Positions 57,292-64,000 of a DNA stretch of 64,000 nucleotides are shown piece by piece (position 1 is the stretch's first letter; every line of letters begins with the position of its first letter). The stretch comes from Promethearchaeota archaeon. Lineage in GTDB: Archaea > Asgardarchaeota > Lokiarchaeia > Sigyniarchaeales > SOKP01. The position numbers were made by a program, and so were the translations under genes. The DNA is taken from assembly GCA_029838195.1 (NCBI GenBank), contig JALGVJ010000009.1, forward strand, positions 29,126-93,125, given 5' to 3'. Under the pieces are notes generated by a model, which saw only the letters and a program-made list of their open reading frames with translations, was not told the DNA's origin and made no database searches.

Positions 57292-57855
57292 TCATATCAT
57301 GACTTCTTCATTCAAAAGAGACAAGACGACAGCATCATGAAAGGTACCTCTCAAATTAAGATAATGCCGTAACACTCCTTCTTCAACAAATCCAGATTTT
57401 TTGAATAGTTTTAAAGATCGTGCATTTTTAGTTGCTACATGGACTTCTAAGCGGTGTAATTTTAAATGGTGAAATGCAATTAATTTTATCAATTCAAGAG
57501 CTTTTGTGCCGTATCCCTTGCTCCAATAATCAGGAATCAGCCAAATTCCAATTTCTGCCCGACCATGGTGCCAACTAATATTCCATAAGCTAATAAGTCC
57601 TATTTTCATGATTCTTTCTTTTTCTAATTCAATGATGTAATTAAACTGATGATATTTATTCCATTCCTTGAGATATTCATTTATTAGTTTTTTGGCACTT
57701 TTCTTAGAAAAAAGAGGGCCTATTGATAAATATTGCGTAACATGCATATCCTTAAGACTTTCTTGAAGAAAATGAAAATCTTTTTTTTTGACTTTCCTTA
57801 AAATTATAGGCGCTTCAGAAATTTCCTCTAAGATTTCTATATTAGGTCGCATCAA
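57292..57855 (-). CDS. GNAT N-acetyltransferase (RimJ/RimL-like)
   Basis: 187 aa. WSKGYGTKALELI and L.V...N..S..L..K.GF fit GNAT motif A. Confidence 0.7.
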   Translation of the reverse strand: MMRPNIEILEEISEAPIILRKVKKKDFHFLQESLKDMHVTQYLSIGPLFSKKSAKKLINEYLKEWNKYHQFNYIIELEKERIMKIGLISLWNISWHHGRAEIGIWLIPDYWSKGYGTKALELIKLIAFHHLKLHRLEVHVATKNARSLKLFKKSGFVEEGVLRHYLNLRGTFHDAVVLSLLNEEVMI

Positions 57856-57945
57856 GTAAAAATTATATCGTTCTGTTTTTAAACTTTTAAAAATAGGATG
57901 ATAAAATAAAAAAAAAAGCTTTAAAGATACTTGAGGAAGTTGGTT

Positions 57946-58794
57946 TTAATATCCTTTAAATTTCGGCTCTTTTCTGCGCAAGAATGCATTTATCCCTTCT
58001 TTAACGTCAGAGGAAGCAGAATTTACACCAAATCCTAGTTGTTCAAATTGTAGCCCAATTTTCAAGGGGACTTGAGTTCCAAATTTCGCCGCTCGTTTTA
58101 TCACCATTAAAGCGGTAGTCGCAGCATTTCCCAACCATTTAGCTTTTTCATGTACGAATTCTTCAAATTTATCATCATCTACTAAATATGTAACAAATCC
58201 CCATTCGTACATAGTTTCTGCAGTTTCTCTCTCACCAAAATAAAGCATTTTCATGGCTCTATTTAATCCTATATGGCGAATCATTCTTTGTGTTCCTCCA
58301 TTTGCCGGAAATATTCCTCTAACAATTTCAGGAAATCCGAATTGCGAGCGCTTGCTTGCAATTATGATATCACAACACAAAGCTAATTCACAACCACCAC
58401 CAAATGCATATCCATCAACAGCACCGATTAAAGGTTTAGCAAATTCTTCGATGAGATCATAATATTTATGTCGCATGTACATCGCATGAGTCATGTGAAT
58501 GGGAACATTCATTTTTAATTGCGGAGGCATGGGTGCCGATAAATCTGCTCCAGAAGAAAATGCAGGCTTCTTAGTATATTCTTTCGTGCCTCGAAGAACG
58601 ACGCAGCGAATATCATTGTCAATTTCCATCATTTCTAAAGCTTCATACACTTCTTGAACCGTTTGAACTTGTAATGCATTTAATTTATCAGGGCGATTTA
58701 AAAAAATCACAGCATAATTTCCATCAATGGTTCCTCCCTCTTTAGTGGTAGGCCAATCAATTTTAATATGTTCAAATTTTTTCTCTTCAGCCAT
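57946..58794 (-). CDS. Enoyl-CoA hydratase/isomerase (crotonase family)
   Basis: It has FSSGADL, GAVDGYAFGGGCELALCCD and FGFPE oxyanion-hole motifs. Confidence 0.85.
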   Translation of the reverse strand: MAEEKKFEHIKIDWPTTKEGGTIDGNYAVIFLNRPDKLNALQVQTVQEVYEALEMMEIDNDIRCVVLRGTKEYTKKPAFSSGADLSAPMPPQLKMNVPIHMTHAMYMRHKYYDLIEEFAKPLIGAVDGYAFGGGCELALCCDIIIASKRSQFGFPEIVRGIFPANGGTQRMIRHIGLNRAMKMLYFGERETAETMYEWGFVTYLVDDDKFEEFVHEKAKWLGNAATTALMVIKRAAKFGTQVPLKIGLQFEQLGFGVNSASSDVKEGINAFLRRKEPKFKGY

Positions 58795-59328
58795 TTTTCA
58801 AACCTCTTTCTTTTTAATTTACATGTATTGAGAATTTTTTTACCTTAATAGAAGGAAATTCTCATGATATTTTTACTTTTTAATGGGTAGTATAGGTTTT
58901 AGTATAATTAAAAAATTTACAAAATGATAATTTTTTAACTAAAAATGGATCATCAATTATCTTGAAATTGTTTTCTCATGATTAATTATCTCAATAGAAC
59001 TTAATGATTTCTAACCATTTTGTTATTGAACTATAAACACGTTCCCTTAAAAAATTGTAAATGAATCTACTATTTTTGACGTTTTAGTAATTTTTGATAA
59101 AAGAATTTGCTTTTTTAAGCAATTCAGAGCTTTTAGTCTATTTGTTTTGAAAAAAAAGCGAAAAATTAAGAGATTATTAAGTTTTTCTTATTTATAATTT
59201 ACGCATATGAAAAAATGTTGCTTGAGGTAAGATTTAATAGTAATTTATCAACGTGTTTCTTGAACTCAATACATTTCAAAGAAGAGTATGAAAATAAAAA
59301 AGAAATATTATTTAGAAATGTAAATTGG

Positions 59329-60504
59329 TTATTTTCTCATTTTTACAAATTGACCCGTCTTCATTAACTCGCACGGACGCAAGTATTCCTTTTTGGTTTT
59401 ATCCGCTAATTCTTCTAAAAGTTTAGACCATTTTTCCCAATTTTTTTTTCCGGCTCCAAAAGGTCCTGGCGTATTCATACCGGCCATGTTAGCATCATCT
59501 ATAATCTTATAGCCAGATGCAACACCTTCCTCAAGAATTCGGCATCCTTCGTTTAGCATGATGGCCATGGAATACTCTAAATTAAATATTCCGGCAGGTT
59601 CTGCCTTTTTAACTTTTTCCACAATAGCGTCTCTGCCTTGACTCCAATCATAAAAGCCCTTACCAGTTTTCGCTCCCAAGTTTCCATTCGCCACAAGCTC
59701 TTTAACAACTTTAGGAGGTTCAAAGTCAGGTGAAAGGGTTTCCTTATAATAATTCATAACATGCAACATGGTGTCCAAACCAACATAATCTGATAACATG
59801 CACGGACCCATGGGCATTTTCCCGCCCGCATCTGCATCGATTCGCTCCCATGGAATGCCTTTTTCAGCAGCTTGGTCGAATACCCATCCCATATAGATTT
59901 GAACGGGTGCATTCATTCGATTCACGATGAATCCGGGTCTATCCTTCAATACGGGAGCAATGTATCTTTTACCACGCAAACATGGTAAAGTCTCTGCAAC
60001 TTGCATTGCTGTATTAAAGGTCTCATCGGAAGTTTGAGCTCCCTTGATCACCTCAATACATCTCATAAGTGGGACTGGATTAAAGAAATGCATTCCACAT
60101 ACTCTTTCCGGGGCGCCCGAATCTTTTCCAATTTCCGTGATGCTCATCGTAGAGGTATTAGAAGCAAAAATCACGTGAGCTGGTCCATTTTCCATGACGG
60201 TTTTACAAACATCTTTTTTTACGTCCATTTTTTCTACGACGGCTTCTATAACTATATCGGTGTCTTTTACAGCGGATGCGAGATCAATGGATGTTTTTAG
60301 CCGTCCCATGACTTCTGCTGCATTTAATTGTCCTTTTGCTTCTAATTTTTTTAATCCTTCTTCAATTTTTTTTACACCGTTATCGATGAATTCTTGTTTA
60401 ATATCGACGAGGGTTACATTGTATCCCGCCATGATGGAGACTTGAGCTATACCATGCCCCATCAGGCCAGCACCTAAAACGAGAACATTTTTTACATCAA
60501 CCAT
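59329..60504 (-). CDS. 3-hydroxyacyl-CoA dehydrogenase (long form with a C-terminal extension)
   Basis: It has VLVLGAGLMGHGIAQV, SNTS, HFFNP and GFIVNR. Confidence 0.85.
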   Translation of the reverse strand: MVDVKNVLVLGAGLMGHGIAQVSIMAGYNVTLVDIKQEFIDNGVKKIEEGLKKLEAKGQLNAAEVMGRLKTSIDLASAVKDTDIVIEAVVEKMDVKKDVCKTVMENGPAHVIFASNTSTMSITEIGKDSGAPERVCGMHFFNPVPLMRCIEVIKGAQTSDETFNTAMQVAETLPCLRGKRYIAPVLKDRPGFIVNRMNAPVQIYMGWVFDQAAEKGIPWERIDADAGGKMPMGPCMLSDYVGLDTMLHVMNYYKETLSPDFEPPKVVKELVANGNLGAKTGKGFYDWSQGRDAIVEKVKKAEPAGIFNLEYSMAIMLNEGCRILEEGVASGYKIIDDANMAGMNTPGPFGAGKKNWEKWSKLLEELADKTKKEYLRPCELMKTGQFVKMRK

Positions 60505-61098
60505 TTTTTAAATCAACCTTTTTTTAATTGAAATTGATTATTTTTTTTTGTTAAAATAATACTTTACATGATTATTAATCATGAAAGATTTTTTAATTTT
60601 TAACATTTTTTTGATCCATTTAATTATCAAGGATGAAAATAAAAAATAATATATACCAATTTATCAATCTTCTTTCCTTCAGAACACGGCTGTTCCCAGA
60701 AAAGAGCTTTTGACACTAGCATTTCATATTTTTTATAATCCAAATGGGAATAAAAAAGGGATATCGGATGGATGAATTGAAATTACGACGTACGCTTGGT
60801 TTAAGTTTTAAATGATACGGAACAATTCCAATTTTTACTATTAAAATAACATTCAATATAAATCTATTTTCTTCATTACTCTAGTAAAACTATTGTTATT
60901 TTTAAAAATCCGTCAATAAGATTAATTCTCTAAATAGATTTCAAACTTCTATTTTACTTTTTCTTTATAACCATAACTTATTTATATTTAAATTTTCATA
61001 ATGATCATAAGATAACTGCTGAAATCATTGATTAAACTTAGTTAGTTTCGTATTGATAATAATTGAAAGCAATTCAAATAAGGAGGGGGTAAAGAAAA

Positions 61099-62214
61099 AT
61101 GAAGATTGGAACGATTAGGGGAATTAATATAAAATTACACTTTTCGACCTTATTAATCGTAGGATTAGTTGGATTTTATGCCGGATATTTTTATTTAGAT
61201 TTGGTTCCCGCCGCTTCCGTTCTCGAGCTCATTGGAGTGGGAATTTTTAATGGATTTATCATATTATTCTGTATTCTGGTTCATGAATTGATGCATTCAT
61301 TAGTGGCGAAGAGATATGGAATCAATGTTCCCGAAATAAAATTGTACATTTTTGGGGGCGTATCTAAGATTGAAAGTGAACCGACAACGGCAAAAAGCGA
61401 AGCTATCATTTCTGGGGTTGGACCTCTTTCGAGCTTGCTCTTGGGGCTTGGATTTTTAATTGTGTCCTTTTCCGGAAGCGTGTTGCCTTCAATGCTAACG
61501 GTGTCATTTTTGTATTCCGGAATAACGAACCTGGGACTGGCACTATTTAATTTAATACCGGCGTTTCCCATGGATGGTGGCAGAATCTTGCGGGCATTTA
61601 TTTGGAGCCGTAAAAATGATTTTCTGCGCGCAACGATGATTGCATCGAGAATAGGAAGAGTCTTTGGATATGGATTCATTTTCTTCGGTCTTTATCAGGT
61701 ATTCTTTTTCGGTTTAGTGAATGGGATTTGGTTAATTATGATAGGCTCTTTTCTAAACAACTCTGCTAGGAGATCTTACATTGAAACGTTGAATGACTTC
61801 AGATTATCAAGGATTCACGTGAAGGAGATGCTAAATCCGGGCAAGCTTACCATCCCTCATGACATGATCATTAGCGACGCCATACGAGAATATTTCATTC
61901 CTCATAACAAGCCTTATTTTCCTGTAGTCAGAAATGGCGAGATCATTGGTATTGTTCATATCGATGATATCAAGAAACTTTCCGTAGAAGAGCGGGCATT
62001 TAAGACCATTGGTGAATTGACTCGAAGCATTTCCTATTTTCCAACGATTACAGGAGATAAAACGGGAATGGATGTCGTAAAAGCAATGCGAGCCATGGGC
62101 AATTATCCTCATTTAGTAGTAGTAAGAGATGATGATGCTGAACATATTTTAGGATTTATTGGCCGTAAAGAACTAATAACATCCTTGCGATTTTGGAGGA
62201 GCATGAACGCGTAA
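61099..62214 (+). CDS. Site-2 protease (M50 family) with a C-terminal CBS pair
   Basis: It has HELMHSL (HExxH) and NLIPAFPMDGGRILRA (NxxPxxxLDG-type). The C-terminal ~130 aa have CBS-like repeats. Confidence 0.85.
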   Translation: MKIGTIRGINIKLHFSTLLIVGLVGFYAGYFYLDLVPAASVLELIGVGIFNGFIILFCILVHELMHSLVAKRYGINVPEIKLYIFGGVSKIESEPTTAKSEAIISGVGPLSSLLLGLGFLIVSFSGSVLPSMLTVSFLYSGITNLGLALFNLIPAFPMDGGRILRAFIWSRKNDFLRATMIASRIGRVFGYGFIFFGLYQVFFFGLVNGIWLIMIGSFLNNSARRSYIETLNDFRLSRIHVKEMLNPGKLTIPHDMIISDAIREYFIPHNKPYFPVVRNGEIIGIVHIDDIKKLSVEERAFKTIGELTRSISYFPTITGDKTGMDVVKAMRAMGNYPHLVVVRDDDAEHILGFIGRKELITSLRFWRSMNA

Positions 62215-62411
62215 CGTGCTATCATGGTATTAACCCTCCTTCTTTTTTTTTTTATAATCAGTAATTCACGATTTTAACTGGATTTTTAAGGCTCCGATTC
62301 ATGTAATTTTAGTGTTTTCACTCATTCCCGATTTCTCGAATCTTTCATTAAAAGGTGAATTCAGTCTCGCGCAATCACTCTTTTTTCTTTAAAATTTCAT
62401 GTAAAAAAGAG

Positions 62412-62984
62412 TTAAAAATAAAAGTGCAATTTTTCGAGGCAAACATCTTTAAGTTCGTCATTTTTTACGAAATTAATCTCTATCTTTCTCAGTTTTTTTC
62501 CCAATAAGCTTTTAAATGCAGTTTCAAAATATCCTTTAGAAATTCTGCACAAACTTTTCCCATGCTTTAATTTTTCCCTTTGCTTTATGGGGTTCCTTAA
62601 AAAACAGTGATTTTCAATCGTAAGGGTAATTTTCCTTTCAAGCAAGTTTTTTTCAATCGAAATAATCTTGACCGAGTAAAATTCTTTTAATTCTTTCAAA
62701 AGTAATTCAAAAGCTTCAAACAATTCAAATTCCCTCTTGTTATATTGATTTTTAATACGTTCTGCTATGGTCTCTCCAGGACCACTTCCTACTTGATAAA
62801 GAGCAGATAAAAGCATGTTTCTTCCAAAAAGATCATATATTTTAAACACCAATGATTCAGCAATAATTTCAAACCCCTTTAAACTATCTAAATTTTCTTT
62901 AGGATTATAAATTCTACGATTTATCTCTTCTTTATCAATTTCAACTTCCATTAATGGCATCCCCTTAACTCTGTTCTTACTCAT
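62412..62984 (-). CDS. Hypothetical protein, possibly V4R (4-vinyl-reductase-like) small-molecule-binding domain
   Basis: 190 aa. LYQVGSGPGETIAERI ... CRISKGYFETAFKSLLG loosely resembles V4R domains. This is a weak call. Confidence 0.25.
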   Translation of the reverse strand: MSKNRVKGMPLMEVEIDKEEINRRIYNPKENLDSLKGFEIIAESLVFKIYDLFGRNMLLSALYQVGSGPGETIAERIKNQYNKREFELFEAFELLLKELKEFYSVKIISIEKNLLERKITLTIENHCFLRNPIKQREKLKHGKSLCRISKGYFETAFKSLLGKKLRKIEINFVKNDELKDVCLEKLHFYF

Positions 62985-63244
62985 GTTTAAAATTTAAAAA
63001 ATTGATTCACTGATCAATTAAAAAAAACTATTGTTTTTAAAAATATTTTTTATTAATTTTGCTACATGTTGTTTTCGAATTTGATAGATATTATTAAATA
63101 AGAACGTTGTTTAATTAATTGCCTAAAAAGAAAGAACTTAAAAAAGCTTTAAATCGAATTTCTTTTAGGGGGTTTTATGATGAGATTATTACCCTCACAT
63201 TCTTTCTATAGAGAATTTTATTAGATATCTAATTTTACTACGTG

Positions 63245-63976
63245 TTAACTTTTAATTAACCAATTTGCTAATTTATCTGGCAAGAGAAACCCTAAATAAT
63301 ATTCGATAGCGCTTGAAATTAATATGGATCGGATGATAGCAAGAGTAAGGGCAGTCATGGGAATCGCCGCATCAAATACAGCGGCTAAAGTAAACGAAAA
63401 AAAACCAATAAGGAGAAATCTTCCCTTCCATTGAATTTTTTCATCTTCTGAGCGCATGGAAACCCGAGATAGGATAACCCCCGTGATGAGAGCAGTTGCT
63501 ATAGATAAAATTTGAAAAGAGAAAGGATAAATCTCGTGTTCTGTATTGAAACGAGCCGTCGATCTTCCGATTAAACTCAAGTCCGTGAAAAAGAAAATGA
63601 GCAAGAAAATTTCGTATATAATGGAAATCGCACTATAAATAGATAGGATTAATTTTAATCGTTCAGGAACTACTAGTTTGCAAAAAGAATACACCCAGCA
63701 TACTAAAGCCAGCGGGATAAAAATATTTCCTAAGAATAAATCCAAGAATACACTAATTTCGGTTTCATTAATGGCAAAAGTAATAAAGGAGATGGCATTT
63801 CCCCACCATGGACTAGATAAAAATATCCAAGTTAAACCCACCGTTAATAACACCGTATTCTTAGTTGTAAAATATTTTAAAAAAATTCTTATTCCTACGG
63901 CTAAAGAAATGATTACAAATAAGAAGGAAAAGCTAACTTGGATTATTTCTAATGGTGTTAATGACTCTAATCCCAT
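63245..63976 (-). CDS. Hypothetical polytopic membrane protein (about 7 TM)
   Basis: 243-aa ORF that is hydrophobic throughout. I recognise no family. Confidence 0.4.
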   Translation of the reverse strand: MGLESLTPLEIIQVSFSFLFVIISLAVGIRIFLKYFTTKNTVLLTVGLTWIFLSSPWWGNAISFITFAINETEISVFLDLFLGNIFIPLALVCWVYSFCKLVVPERLKLILSIYSAISIIYEIFLLIFFFTDLSLIGRSTARFNTEHEIYPFSFQILSIATALITGVILSRVSMRSEDEKIQWKGRFLLIGFFSFTLAAVFDAAIPMTALTLAIIRSILISSAIEYYLGFLLPDKLANWLIKS

Positions 63977-64000
63977 GTGTTTATCATTAAATGAATTATA

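Noticed and set aside
1-64000. tRNA, rRNA or other GC-rich structured RNA genes in the spacers
   Set aside because: I scanned the long spacers (4846-5302, 20686-21090, 23614-24211, 30648-31618, 41157-41729, 52864-53295, 55754-56262, 58795-59328, 60505-61098) by eye. I found no GC-rich cloverleaf-like segments. tRNAscan-SE/Infernal should confirm this.

Overview
64-kb AT-rich chromosomal window from an archaeon. By hand, single 60-nt lines run about 28% GC in typical genes and up to about 60% GC in the redox genes. About 50 protein genes are supported. I recognised no rRNA, tRNA, CRISPR array, integrase or transposase. The best guess for origin is an Asgard (Lokiarchaeia-like) archaeon; this is an inference that needs BLAST or phylogeny. 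It rests on two Rab/Ras-like small GTPases, a longin-like protein, HdrA/MvhD, tungsten AOR, geranylgeranyl reductase, a Bcd-EtfAB/Crt/Hbd module, and UGA-interrupted redox genes followed by a eukaryote-like SECIS hairpin. Layout: (i) 1.2-14.2 kb is a glycan-utilisation-like island with GH36-like, GH63-like and DUF2961/GH172 genes, a membrane-anchored beta-propeller and GPH symporters. (ii) 14.3-17.9 kb is a RapA-like SNF2 ATPase. (iii) 21.1-30.0 kb is a GC-richer redox island with AOR, ferredoxin, hdrA, vhuD/mvhD and two Fe-S proteins. (iv) 31.6 kb holds a class-I GAPDH. (v) 33.1-36.3 kb holds a HerA-like ATPase followed by a vapBC cassette. (vi) 36.7-46.8 kb holds a P-type ATPase, an MFS transporter, D-aminoacylase, malic enzyme and a hydrolase-CPBP fusion. 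(vii) 47.0-49.8 kb is an acetamidino-sugar trio. (viii) 49.9-60.5 kb is a butyryl-CoA module interleaved with a second GTPase, geranylgeranyl reductase, MBL hydrolase and GNAT. (ix) The right end holds a site-2 protease and unknown membrane proteins. Four observations stand out. First, four in-frame UGA codons at conserved Cys positions in hdrA and vhuD point to selenocysteine, and a SECIS-like element lies 3' of vhuD. Second, vapBC is bracketed by duplicated copies of the HerA-3'/ATPase-5' junction. Third, the second small GTPase has its P-loop upstream of any canonical in-frame start. Fourth, there is a non-coding tract with a C:G ratio of about 6:1. All family calls come from motif recognition by eye and memory; no database search was run.
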